A stretch of DNA of 61,733 nucleotides from a virus (Duplodnaviria; Heunggongvirae; Uroviricota; Caudoviricetes): the IMG/VR virus record IMGVR_UViG_3300035208_003871; one strand, written 5' to 3'. Below are positions 1 through 9,538 of the stretch, one piece after another. Position 1 is the stretch's first letter, and each line of letters begins with the position of its first letter. The translations under genes and the position numbers were made by a program. The notes beneath the pieces were generated by a model, which was given only the letters and a program-made list of their open reading frames with translations, was not told the origin of the DNA and did not search any database.

Positions 1-2
1 AT

Positions 3-413
3 TCAGTACCAGTTAAACCAAAAAAAGTAAAACAAACCAAAAAACGAAAGATTCATGCTATTCAGACAGTTGAACAGGCTACTGCTAACCAAGCTGATGT
101 TATAGTAGAACAACTTCATAATCTCAAGGCAATTCTGAACGAACTGGAGAACCATGCCGATAAACTCACTACTCCTGAAAAAATCATAGGAAGCTATAAT
201 ATCGGAGTGTGTATTGGTATAATAAGTATATCAAGCAACCTAATCGGACTTGAAACCCATGATACAATTAGTACAAGTATTCAGGGGTTTCTTGACCGTA
301 TGAAAGAAGATGATTTTACAGGTTCAGATTGTGAATTCACTCCCGGTATAAGCCCAGAATGTGAAAGTTGCAAATCCAGTACATTATGCCTATTACTGAT
401 CGAACGAGAATAA
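3..413 (+). CDS. Hypothetical protein, 5' partial
   Basis: Frame is open from base 3 into ORF 207..413, so the start lies upstream of the window. Confidence 0.6.
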   Translation, partial: SVPVKPKKVKQTKKRKIHAIQTVEQATANQADVIVEQLHNLKAILNELENHADKLTTPEKIIGSYNIGVCIGIISISSNLIGLETHDTISTSIQGFLDRMKEDDFTGSDCEFTPGISPECESCKSSTLCLLLIERE

Positions 414-420
414 ATGTTAA

Positions 421-951
421 ATGTCATTAAAATCACACCATCAATCTATTTTAGTTGCTCGTAACATCATTAGAGTAACATTTAAAGACCAACTTGGAGA
501 TTATTATAGAATTACTGATACTTATCTTAATCAAATAGTAATAATTAAACCAAATGGATCTGAAGAAATAAACCACAACTGCATGTATGAAAAAGAATAT
601 ACAATTGAGTCAATGGAAAAACTGTATGCACAAGACAAATTAACATACAAAAACTATGATGTTACTCAATCAGTAGGTAACCAACAAAGATCCTATTCAT
701 TCGATGTTACAGAAACTAAACCAATTAGTTTAGTTAATTTAGTTAAAGCAAAACCAATTAATCTGAACGAAACTCTCTTCGATGTATTAGGTAATATGTA
801 TCCACAATCACAAGTAATGGTAGAACATATCAAAAATAAAGAATCTAATGCCATTTATGAAAAGATAAAAGAACTAGCTTGTAATGAAGCAGAAACAGCA
901 ATTAGAAACATGAAACGTAATGAAACTTATAAACAATTAGGTAAGTATTGA
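421..951 (+). CDS. Hypothetical protein
   Basis: 176 aa ORF, co-oriented and tightly packed. Confidence 0.7.
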   Translation: MSLKSHHQSILVARNIIRVTFKDQLGDYYRITDTYLNQIVIIKPNGSEEINHNCMYEKEYTIESMEKLYAQDKLTYKNYDVTQSVGNQQRSYSFDVTETKPISLVNLVKAKPINLNETLFDVLGNMYPQSQVMVEHIKNKESNAIYEKIKELACNEAETAIRNMKRNETYKQLGKY

Positions 952-1130
952 TTAAAATGACCAACGAAATGACCAATGAAATGACCGATAAAACAATCAT
1001 AAAACCGCTATTCATCAAGCTTGCAGAAATACTGTACAAATTATTCTTCTGGTTTATGATATTTTTATTCATATTTGGATTCATAATCTTGACAATCAAC
1101 GAACTTCGCAAATATGGCATTTACACATAA
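948..1130 (+). CDS. Small membrane protein
   Basis: Hydrophobic stretch LFFWFMIFLFIFGFIILTI; N-terminal MTNE repeats. Confidence 0.6.
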   Translation: MIKMTNEMTNEMTDKTIIKPLFIKLAEILYKLFFWFMIFLFIFGFIILTINELRKYGIYT

Positions 1131-1132
1131 GT

Positions 1133-2044
1133 ATGGTGAGTATGATAAGTATGGTGAAACAAACAATTAAAACTAAACCAACTAAAGTAACTAAAATTAA
1201 ATCAGTGAACGAACCAGTAAAAACATGCACTGGTTGTCAGAAAACACTCCCGATATCAAGTTTTTATAAACATAAGAGTATGCCTGATGGCCTCACATAC
1301 ATGTGTAAAGCATGTTATTCTGGAAGATATCATTCCCAAACTATTCCCACAAGAAAAAAATCCAATACACCAAGTATACAAGTTTCACAAATTACCCAAG
1401 TTACTCAAGTTAATCCGATTAAACCGATTAAACCGATTAAACAAAGTAAACAAATTAATATATTTAACTTAACTTCTGATGAATTTAATGAAATTATTCC
1501 AGAAAATGTGCCCTTTACAATCACAGATATCTTAAAACTAACTAATACTGAAGAAAGTGCAACTAACCGATCCAAGGTGCAAACTCGTATCTACACATTA
1601 ATTGAGAATAACATTATCGAACGTGTAGAGCAGCTTCATAATAAAAGCATTGTCTATATGAAAAAGAACACTCAAGTGAAAGATCTTATATTTGAGTCTC
1701 GTACATGTCTCAAGTGTAATGAACCTCTCCATTTAAACGATATAGCAAACAATCCACATACCAAGCTTTGCTCAAAATGCACTACTGCATTAACAAAGAT
1801 TGAAAAATCGATAACAATACCAACTACAACCAGTGAGGATATGGAAAGATTAACTACCTCAATGCGTAATGAAATAGTAGTAATGAATGAGAAACTAAAC
1901 AATTTAAACGAAAACTCAAGATCTCTTCATAATATCGAGGCCGGACTGATGGTTCTCCAAGATCAGATGACTACATTAATCAAGATCTTTGCAATAAACT
2001 GTAAAACATTACCAGACAATATAAATCCAGCATATATTTCATAA
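1133..2044 (+). CDS. Zinc-finger DNA-binding protein with C-terminal coiled coil
   Basis: CTGC...CKAC and CLKC...CSKC motifs; first finger resembles the Zn domain found N-terminal to HNH nucleases. Confidence 0.65.
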   Translation: MVSMISMVKQTIKTKPTKVTKIKSVNEPVKTCTGCQKTLPISSFYKHKSMPDGLTYMCKACYSGRYHSQTIPTRKKSNTPSIQVSQITQVTQVNPIKPIKPIKQSKQINIFNLTSDEFNEIIPENVPFTITDILKLTNTEESATNRSKVQTRIYTLIENNIIERVEQLHNKSIVYMKKNTQVKDLIFESRTCLKCNEPLHLNDIANNPHTKLCSKCTTALTKIEKSITIPTTTSEDMERLTTSMRNEIVVMNEKLNNLNENSRSLHNIEAGLMVLQDQMTTLIKIFAINCKTLPDNINPAYIS

Positions 2045-2085
2045 AAAATCACAATAAAAATTAATAACAAAAATGGTGAATAAAA

Positions 2086-2388
2086 TTGGAAGAAAACATC
2101 AATAAAACTAAATTCTATCCAGTAACTTATAAAGTATTTACCGGATCACGGTTTAAGAAATGTTCAGTTAAAAAGAGGTTTGCAAGTCGAAAAGAAGCTA
2201 AAACCTTCATGTATCATCACAATGTACAAAAATACATTACCAAAAAACTAACAGTATATAAATGTAGATTTTGTGGATTCTATCACATTGGGGGCATTGA
2301 AAACATGATCGCATTCAATAAAGATAGATCCAATGAAGATATCAATGAAGATATCAATGAAGATATTAATGAATCAACCAAAGCTTAA
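2086..2388 (+). CDS. Small Zn-binding phage-type protein
   Basis: VYKCRFCGFYHIG motif; NEDI x3 tail. Confidence 0.6.
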   Translation: MEENINKTKFYPVTYKVFTGSRFKKCSVKKRFASRKEAKTFMYHHNVQKYITKKLTVYKCRFCGFYHIGGIENMIAFNKDRSNEDINEDINEDINESTKA

Positions 2389-2409
2389 GTTTATAAACAA
2401 TAAAGATCA

Positions 2410-2490
2410 TACTTAATGTTGCATCCAGCAACAGAACGGATCACCAGACCAGACAACTAACCATTGTTTGGTTTTCGTTTTGTTCAGACT
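2410..2490 (+). ncRNA. Hairpin small-RNA unit, copy 1 of 5 (TACTTAA...GTTCAGACT family)
   Basis: TACTTAA, 13 nt spacer, outer stem AACAGAACG/CGTTTTGTT, inner stem AGACCAGACAA/TTGTTTGGTTT, ends GTTCAGACT. Confidence 0.6.
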
Positions 2491-2646
2491 ATTTTGTGCG
2501 CCTGACCTGAACCGGCAAGGCATTTTTGAGCGTGTTCAAGGTAACACTGCGCGGTTTACTTTTCATTCTCGTATCCTTGGCGGATTTTCTACCACTATAT
2601 AAACTTATTGGTGTGGTGTGACAAGTAATTAGATGATCTTTTATAG

Positions 2647-2660
2647 TTTTAAGACGAAAT
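2647..2660 (+). promoter_or_regulatory. TTTTAAG(C/A)CGAAGT-type promoter motif
   Basis: TTTTAAGACGAAAT, 27 nt before the ORF start; recurs at seven further sites. Confidence 0.55.
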
Positions 2661-2673
2661 ATTATATAGATAG

Positions 2674-2952
2674 GTGATTAAGATGAACTATGAAAAAGTG
2701 GAAAAGGTGGAATATGAATGTGAATGCATTCGTGAAAAGTTAAAGGAAAAGTGCGAAGAAGCGATGAATATCCTCAGTGACCATTTCGGGTCCGAGGATG
2801 AAGTCGCGGAAGCAATTGACCTTAAACAGAGTATCGATTATTATAAAGACAAGATCGCTGATCTTGTGAAAATCTATGATGATATGATAGACATTGAAGA
2901 GAAAATACCCGCATACTATCCCGAAGCACACGATCTTGCCGGTGATAGATGA
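2674..2952 (+). CDS. Hypothetical protein
   Basis: 92 aa ORF with GGTG SD-like leader. Confidence 0.65.
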   Translation: MIKMNYEKVEKVEYECECIREKLKEKCEEAMNILSDHFGSEDEVAEAIDLKQSIDYYKDKIADLVKIYDDMIDIEEKIPAYYPEAHDLAGDR

Positions 2953-2990
2953 TTGTCGGGAAATGAATATTAGGGCAGTCAGGAAACGCG

Positions 2991-4562
2991 ATGATGAAAA
3001 TGGTGAACAAAAAATTACATGCAAAAGGGAGAACTGAAATTTCAACCGAGGAACTTAATGATGCATTGTCTGATGTAAGCAAAGTGACCGTTACAAAAAT
3101 CAAAAATGATAATAGTAACATCCCGGTTAGTCCAATTAATCCAGTTAAAAAACGGTATCGAACAAGAAATATGTATCTTAACAATTGGGTATCTATAGTT
3201 AATGCAACCTCTGATGAAAACATTATGAAAAGCAATGTCAGTGGTGCATTATCTCCGGAAGAAATTAAACAAGCAATCGAAACGGCTAAAGAGAACCGAT
3301 TTAAAAAGATACAATTTTCGGTAAAAGAACCAGTAGTTAAATACGAAACAGGTGAAAAATTGACAGATAATTTAGAAAATGAAAATGATAATTCGGGTAA
3401 TGTAACACTACCTATGGCAGTAGCTCCATCAGTGGAACCCGATACCACTAAAAAGGTATCTAAACGAAAAAAAGTTGTTCCTCCGGCGGAAGTGCAACAA
3501 GTTGTAGAGGAGGTGAATAAAAGAGAAAAAATTATGGCTAAAGCAGTGAAAGATAACGTCAAGCCAGAAATGAACCTGTTAGCCCAAAAACTGGTTGATA
3601 CAGCAGTTGATTACGTTTTTAATCTACAGCATACTCCAGCAGATCAGAATGAAGTTCTCCAAAAGATTGTGGGGGCAGTTGAGGATGAACTGTTAAAAAA
3701 GTACATCTACATTCCTGAACGGGTTATTTCCATTAAAATCAATGATATTGAAGTAAATCGGACAAGCGAGATCGTTCATGAAAAATTTGAGGACATCTGC
3801 AAGTATACATTATCAGATATTCCTACCTTCCTTGTAGGTAATGCCGGGACAGGTAAAAACTATTTATGTAAACAGATCGCTGATACCCTTAAACTCGATT
3901 TCTATTTCACAAATGCCGTAACAAACGAATATAAAATTACGGGATTTATTGATGCTAACGGAGTCTATCATCGATCACAGTTTCATGATGCATTTACGAA
4001 AGGTGGACTGTTCTTTTTCGATGAAGTTGATGCCTCTATTCCAGAAACGCTTGTATTATTAAATGCAGCAATCGAAAATCGTTACTTTAACTTTCCTACC
4101 GGGAAGGTCGATGCTCATCCTAACTTCCGGGTCATTGCAGCAGGCAACACGTATGGGGGTGGAGCCGATCTTCAATTCGTGGGCCGTTTCCAACTGGATG
4201 CAGCTTCATTAGATCGATTCAGTTTCATTGAAATTGACTATGATGAAAAGATTGAGAATTTCATTGCGAACGGAGACACTGATCTCGTAGATATCATCAG
4301 GTTATTCCGTGGTATCATCAGGGCACTTGGTATCCGTAAAATTGTTTCGTATCGTGCCATTGCCCAGATAGGTAAAATTGTAAGAACTACTGATATCGAC
4401 CACAAAAATGCATTCTTCTATTCGTTAATTAAAGATATGCGTCCTGACGATCTGAATGCAATATTAGCAAAGTATCCTCAGGCTGCCATGAAAACCAACA
4501 AATACATTGGAGATTTGAAAGAAGCCCTTCAAATGGCAGTGGCTATCAAATCCACCCATTAA
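2991..4562 (+). CDS. MoxR/CbbQ/CobS-like AAA+ ATPase with long N-terminal extension
   Basis: Walker A GNAGTGKN, Walker B FFFDEVD, IAAGNT and LDAASLDRF motifs. Confidence 0.85.
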   Translation: MMKMVNKKLHAKGRTEISTEELNDALSDVSKVTVTKIKNDNSNIPVSPINPVKKRYRTRNMYLNNWVSIVNATSDENIMKSNVSGALSPEEIKQAIETAKENRFKKIQFSVKEPVVKYETGEKLTDNLENENDNSGNVTLPMAVAPSVEPDTTKKVSKRKKVVPPAEVQQVVEEVNKREKIMAKAVKDNVKPEMNLLAQKLVDTAVDYVFNLQHTPADQNEVLQKIVGAVEDELLKKYIYIPERVISIKINDIEVNRTSEIVHEKFEDICKYTLSDIPTFLVGNAGTGKNYLCKQIADTLKLDFYFTNAVTNEYKITGFIDANGVYHRSQFHDAFTKGGLFFFDEVDASIPETLVLLNAAIENRYFNFPTGKVDAHPNFRVIAAGNTYGGGADLQFVGRFQLDAASLDRFSFIEIDYDEKIENFIANGDTDLVDIIRLFRGIIRALGIRKIVSYRAIAQIGKIVRTTDIDHKNAFFYSLIKDMRPDDLNAILAKYPQAAMKTNKYIGDLKEALQMAVAIKSTH

Positions 4563-4661
4563 ACCCTTTTATTATGATAACTATAAGTGAAAGAAGATTT
4601 ATTGCTGTAATTTTATTTACTATTATGATTACTGCATTCGTGTGTAAATGGTTGGTGACTT

Positions 4662-5063
4662 ATGGATTATAACTTCACTCGAATGCGATTAAGTTCTGAA
4701 TTAAGTATAGCAGCAGAATGGAAAAAATGGACAAAGGAGATACCATTTGTCAATTGGCCTTCAGAATGGGAAGTTAAAGCAATTCCCCCATTTGGAGGAT
4801 CAATAATCAGGTATCTTGTCAGATTAAAACAATACCCAGATCATGATATATCAATATATTTGGATTGTTATGATGAACTTGGGGTAGTAGGACAACCATA
4901 TTGGGAAATTTATCCCGCTAACGAAGGTGATACATATAGATGTTTAATGAATGATGTTGATGAATTAATTACTGAATTATGGAAAGCATTAATAGCAATT
5001 AATGAATTAAAACCACAAGATTGTTTGCCTGAAGGATATAAACTGTTAGCCGAGGAAGTTTAA
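4662..5063 (+). CDS. Hypothetical protein
   Basis: 133 aa ORF, stop overlaps next start. Confidence 0.7.
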   Translation: MDYNFTRMRLSSELSIAAEWKKWTKEIPFVNWPSEWEVKAIPPFGGSIIRYLVRLKQYPDHDISIYLDCYDELGVVGQPYWEIYPANEGDTYRCLMNDVDELITELWKALIAINELKPQDCLPEGYKLLAEEV

Positions 5064-6025
5064 TGGTTGAATTTCGCAGGGTAAAATATTATGAGAAGCA
5101 GGATGTTGATGGATCGTGGCTACCTGATCAGAAAGGAAGCATTGGGATATTCGAAGATATAAACGAGGTTTGTCACTTTTGTGAAATAAACGAGATTAAT
5201 CATGATGTTTTCGATGAACACTTAGCTTCAGAACGTCAAAGATCACATAATAACAAATGGTCAATGACTCAAAGTTTAAGTGAAGCTATAAGTTTAGCAC
5301 GTGCAGGATGGGATGAAGGATATCAGAAGATGATTGAGGCAGACAAGTATAAAGACATTATCGAACTATTCAAGCCCATGATGGTCAAGCGTAAATTTCT
5401 TCCTATAAATGACGTAGTGGGTCATACACCTGATGTTGCTCGTATGCTGATGAATCATCCTCTCACAATGAACAGTGACATACGAAGCCGTGACAAGCGC
5501 CGTAACATCAACATAGTTATCGATATAACTGCAAGTTCATATGTTCAATCGGATAAAATGCTCGCTCGTGGCGTGTTAATATGCAATCTCATAAACATCA
5601 TCGAAGAGGCCGGTATTAGAGCAACCGTCTACATTGCTATGACCGGAAGTGTCAAGGGTGAAGTGATGGCAACTTTCATCAAAGTTAAGCACACAAGCGA
5701 GGCATTAAACACCAGACGATTAGCATATCCAATTGCTCATCCCTCCATGCTCCGCCGTATATTATTCAGGTTAATCGAAATTAGAGGAACTACTGATGAA
5801 TGGGTGCCCGGTTATGGACGACCACGATCACAAATCGCAACCGATTATCTTAATTACAAATCTGATGATTTCCGAAACGTATTATTTTTCCCAGAAAACT
5901 TAACTTTGGAATTCGATTTAAGTGATCCTCATGCCTATGTCTCGAAGTGCATTGCATATTCACAGAAAGTTTTTGGTGACAATTGCGCGTTCTCCAAGCC
6001 AAAGCAAGAAGAACACAATATCTAA
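5063..6025 (+). CDS. vWA-like (CobT-type) partner of the AAA+ ATPase
   Basis: NIVIDITASSYV MIDAS-like strand, HPSMLRR motif, adjacency to a MoxR-type ATPase. Confidence 0.65.
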   Translation: MVEFRRVKYYEKQDVDGSWLPDQKGSIGIFEDINEVCHFCEINEINHDVFDEHLASERQRSHNNKWSMTQSLSEAISLARAGWDEGYQKMIEADKYKDIIELFKPMMVKRKFLPINDVVGHTPDVARMLMNHPLTMNSDIRSRDKRRNINIVIDITASSYVQSDKMLARGVLICNLINIIEEAGIRATVYIAMTGSVKGEVMATFIKVKHTSEALNTRRLAYPIAHPSMLRRILFRLIEIRGTTDEWVPGYGRPRSQIATDYLNYKSDDFRNVLFFPENLTLEFDLSDPHAYVSKCIAYSQKVFGDNCAFSKPKQEEHNI

Positions 6026-6099
6026 CCCTTTTAGTGCCGAATGACAAGTGTTAAGAGAACCCTTAAGTAATCAGGAGTCTAATATATTATAGGAGATGT

Positions 6100-6288
6100 A
6101 TGACTGATAAAACTAATAAACAAGAGTGTATAACTGATAACATGAGTGAGGAGGATAAAGCGGAATATGAGGAAATGCTCAATTCAATCGCACAATCCTT
6201 TACCGAAGAAGAATTAGCGACCATTAAGGAATTGCTCGACAAACAGAGGTCTAAATTCAAATCGCACGACGCCTCCAAAATAGTCTGA
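6100..6288 (+). CDS. Small hypothetical protein
   Basis: AGGAG SD upstream; stop codon lies inside hairpin-unit copy 2. Confidence 0.6.
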   Translation: MTDKTNKQECITDNMSEEDKAEYEEMLNSIAQSFTEEELATIKELLDKQRSKFKSHDASKIV

Positions 6289-6358
6289 ACAAAACAAAAG
6301 AGAGAAACGTGTTCTCCCTTTCATGGGTACATTTTGTTCTTGGGTGCATCATTAAGTA
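6282..6358 (-). ncRNA. Hairpin small-RNA unit, copy 2 of 5
   Basis: Minus strand: TACTTAA, 13 nt, GAACAAAA/TTTTGTTC outer stem, GAAAGGGAGAA/TTCTCTCTTTT inner stem, ends GTTCAGACT. Confidence 0.6.
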
Positions 6359-6404
6359 TGATCTAAAAGGTAATAAATGTTACTTCTAAAATGGTGAATA
6401 AATT

Positions 6405-7010
6405 ATGTTGATAAGTGAAATATCTGGTATAAATCAGTTGACTGGTGAGCCGTGGAAGGATACTGATAAGCTAATAGATACATTTACAAAAAAGAAAGAT
6501 CTGGATATTTTGAAGTTATTGAAACAATGTATTCCTGATTGTTATTATGGGTATGGCGTGCAGCGTATCATTCGATACATTGAATGTGATCTTGATATCT
6601 GCATCGATGTCAAAACATTAAGTAAACCATTCGATCAGGTTCTTGATACGTGCGATTATAAGAATTATCTTACTGAAAACATTCAGTATGGATGCTTTGA
6701 GTTTAAAGACAGAATATACTTAGTATATCGAAAGGTATCAGATCCAGTAACGAAGATTATTGAGATGGTGAGGTTTTATTCGATTCAGGATTTTATAGAA
6801 GTGACAAAAGGATTTAATGTATCAGTTATTGGAGAAGACGGTTATCATACTTACATCGATCAAGGAGAAGGATGGTATGAGGAAAAATGTGATGGATTGG
6901 GTGGTGAACTAACGGTATTTGACTGCTATACTAAATTCTTTTCATTGATGAAAACTCATTATGTGGTGAGTGATTCAGAATTTGGTATAGAATTAACAAA
7001 GAAAGTATAA
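6405..7010 (+). CDS. Hypothetical protein
   Basis: 201 aa ORF with GGTG leader. Confidence 0.7.
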   Translation: MLISEISGINQLTGEPWKDTDKLIDTFTKKKDLDILKLLKQCIPDCYYGYGVQRIIRYIECDLDICIDVKTLSKPFDQVLDTCDYKNYLTENIQYGCFEFKDRIYLVYRKVSDPVTKIIEMVRFYSIQDFIEVTKGFNVSVIGEDGYHTYIDQGEGWYEEKCDGLGGELTVFDCYTKFFSLMKTHYVVSDSEFGIELTKKV

Positions 7011-7050
7011 TTTTTAATAAAAATTAGTGAATTAAAAACAGGTGGTATAA

Positions 7051-8010
7051 ATGGATAATATTGATGAGATAACAAGGCCGACAAAACTTGATGAATTCAT
7101 TGTTCCTGATGATATCAAGGAAAAAATCAAGGTGCGAATTGCAGCAACGAAGATTAGAGGAAAAGAATTCCCAAACACACTTATTACAGGTGATGCAGGA
7201 ACAGGAAAGACAACCGCAGGTATGATTATTGCCAACGAACTTGGTGTCGATCCGAAGGTTATCCTTGGTCGAAATGTGAAGTGTGCAGATGATATTGCAG
7301 ACGAACTGGTAAATATGAATGATGGATCGATTGTTATATTTGATGAGGTTCATGTCATTCCTAAAAAGTTCTATGAAGTTATGTATTATGCTATGGAGCA
7401 GCGAATGGTGCCCAAAAACATTGAGGGAGTTTCCTTTAATTATCCAATCAACAACATAACATTCATATTAATCACAAATAAGGATGATGATCTTCCTCAG
7501 GCAATGAAGGATCGGTGTGGATTCCGATTGCATTTCTCCGGATATACCGAAGAGCATATTGCACAGATGATCGAAGTTAATTCAAATAAGTTAATCGCCA
7601 GTCATTACAGCAACGTGAAAATCGATTATGAGTCTGCGCTCATGTTTGCAAAAGTTTGCAGAAATACCCCACGTATAGCGAATGCATATCTTGATAGTAT
7701 CATTGATTATGCAATGGTCAATAACATTGATAACATTGATACATCAAGTGTTAGTGAAGTCCTTCAGTTTATGGGCATTGATGAAAACGGACTCGATAAG
7801 GTTGATAGGAAAATTCTCTTAACACTATATAAAGCGAAGAAACTTCCACTCAGTTCAATCACGTTGATGCTGAAAATATCTGAAGACAATTACCTAACCG
7901 AACATGAACCTTATCTAATGAATCGTGGTCTATTGGTTAAAGGAACTGGAGGCCGAAAGCTTTCAGCAGATGGATGGAAGCTCGTAGTATCTGGTAAAGT
8001 CATCGAATAA
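7051..8010 (+). CDS. ruvB: RuvB-like Holliday junction branch-migration ATPase
   Basis: RPTKLDEF start, GDAGTGKTT, FDEVH, DRCG, RNTPRIAN, GIDENGLDKVDRKIL and EPYLMNRGLL...GGR follow the RuvB motif order. Confidence 0.85.
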   Translation: MDNIDEITRPTKLDEFIVPDDIKEKIKVRIAATKIRGKEFPNTLITGDAGTGKTTAGMIIANELGVDPKVILGRNVKCADDIADELVNMNDGSIVIFDEVHVIPKKFYEVMYYAMEQRMVPKNIEGVSFNYPINNITFILITNKDDDLPQAMKDRCGFRLHFSGYTEEHIAQMIEVNSNKLIASHYSNVKIDYESALMFAKVCRNTPRIANAYLDSIIDYAMVNNIDNIDTSSVSEVLQFMGIDENGLDKVDRKILLTLYKAKKLPLSSITLMLKISEDNYLTEHEPYLMNRGLLVKGTGGRKLSADGWKLVVSGKVIE

Positions 8011-8043
8011 TTTATTGGATAATTAATTATTATAGGTAATATT

Positions 8044-8241
8044 ATGGATGATGATTTTCCTAAACATGTTCTCATTGGTATAGATCACAATACCAATAAA
8101 CCATTTATAGCAGGTTGTGGGGATACTGATGATGAAGCGCTTACTGATATTGTAAGGGAGCAGGCATATAATCCAGATAATAGATATAAAATCTACGAAC
8201 TTAAAAATTTTAACAAACGAAAGAATTGGAAACGTAATTAA
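8044..8241 (+). CDS. Hypothetical protein
   Basis: Short ORF in a co-oriented run. Confidence 0.5.
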   Translation: MDDDFPKHVLIGIDHNTNKPFIAGCGDTDDEALTDIVREQAYNPDNRYKIYELKNFNKRKNWKRN

Positions 8242-8278
8242 TTTAGTTAATTTATATTTAATATTAGTATTTATAGAG

Positions 8279-8491
8279 GTGATTCATATCAAGGTAAAGA
8301 AAACAATTACTATGGATGAAGTTACGTGTATACAAAGTAATAAAAAGATGGATTGGATGCTTGTATTCTATATGTTAACAATTAAACATGATATTCCCGA
8401 TGAATCATGGGTGTATATCGAAGGTGGTAATTTTCCCGATATACAGATAGGAAACGAAAAGTTAAATGCTAAATATATCCAATTAGAATAA
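8279..8491 (+). CDS. Hypothetical protein
   Basis: GAGGTG leader, short ORF. Confidence 0.5.
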   Translation: MIHIKVKKTITMDEVTCIQSNKKMDWMLVFYMLTIKHDIPDESWVYIEGGNFPDIQIGNEKLNAKYIQLE

Positions 8492-8500
8492 AGAAGTATT

Positions 8501-8788
8501 ATGTTTGATGCAACTGGATCTACTAAACAAGAATTTGAATCGACATACGAACCGAAGTCAAAACCAAAGAATAAGACAGTGAAAAAAGTTAAACGAATTT
8601 CTATTATCTCTAAGTATAATGGTAAGATGTGTTCATTAACTCCAGAACTTAGGTGTACTGTTGGTATGTGTTCAGTAGCGAAATGTCAGAGGGTTCAGGA
8701 AATTTCAGATATTCGTGATCCATCTACTCAATATACTGGAAGAGATTATGGATCAATTATTGATCGGGTAATTGGAAAGAATAAATAA
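8501..8788 (+). CDS. Hypothetical protein with Cys cluster
   Basis: CSL...CTVGMCSVAKC. Confidence 0.55.
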   Translation: MFDATGSTKQEFESTYEPKSKPKNKTVKKVKRISIISKYNGKMCSLTPELRCTVGMCSVAKCQRVQEISDIRDPSTQYTGRDYGSIIDRVIGKNK

Positions 8789-9008
8789 GTTAAGAGGTGT
8801 TGTTATTTCAAAATTATTTGTAATATCCGAAGAAGATTCTAAAGATATAGTATGTAAAATAACTGATCCTCAAGTTGCCATATCTTTTTTAAATGCACTC
8901 ATTCCGTTAGAAGAATTAATGGGTAACGATATAGAAAAAATTAATGAGTTTTATTATAATTATAATAAGAAGTATCAAACTATTTGTTCTATTGAATGCT
9001 ATAAATGA
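8772..9008 (+). CDS. Hypothetical protein
   Basis: Short ORF in run; start uncertain. Confidence 0.45.
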   Translation: MERINKLRGVVISKLFVISEEDSKDIVCKITDPQVAISFLNALIPLEELMGNDIEKINEFYYNYNKKYQTICSIECYK

Positions 9009-9026
9009 ATGTTATAAATAAGTATC

Positions 9027-9521
9027 ATGATGAGATTATCTGATATTGTTAAGTGTGATTTCATCAATCTCATGGTGATTGGAGATACTGAAGTCTTAAT
9101 TGCTCCGCTTTTATATGATCATATTAACTCAAAAAACAGGGAGTTTGTTCATGTTCCAGAGTATGATAATATTAAAGTGAGTGAACGTGTTAAGATGGGA
9201 TATATTAAAATAAGAGGAGAGGTTGGTTACTTTCGAAATAAGGATGCTCAGTTTATTTCATGGTGTTATGGCGTGCGCTGGTTGCGCGATGATCATCTCC
9301 GCAGATTAAATGTATGTAAATTAAAAGATCTAAACAAAGAGTCTACGATTGAGGTTTTGCAAAAGAAAGAGTTTAAATTGTTATATGAAGATCCTTTTGA
9401 TGAAAATAATGAAAAAATTATAAAAATTATTGATAATCCAGATCTCAATTTTTTAGCAAACCTTTATACGGTTTTAAGCCGAAATACTATTATCGCAATG
9501 GTTGCAGCTGAACCATTGTAA
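9027..9521 (+). CDS. Hypothetical protein
   Basis: 164 aa ORF. Confidence 0.65.
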   Translation: MMRLSDIVKCDFINLMVIGDTEVLIAPLLYDHINSKNREFVHVPEYDNIKVSERVKMGYIKIRGEVGYFRNKDAQFISWCYGVRWLRDDHLRRLNVCKLKDLNKESTIEVLQKKEFKLLYEDPFDENNEKIIKIIDNPDLNFLANLYTVLSRNTIIAMVAAEPL

Positions 9522-9538
9522 AGTTTGATGGTGAACAA

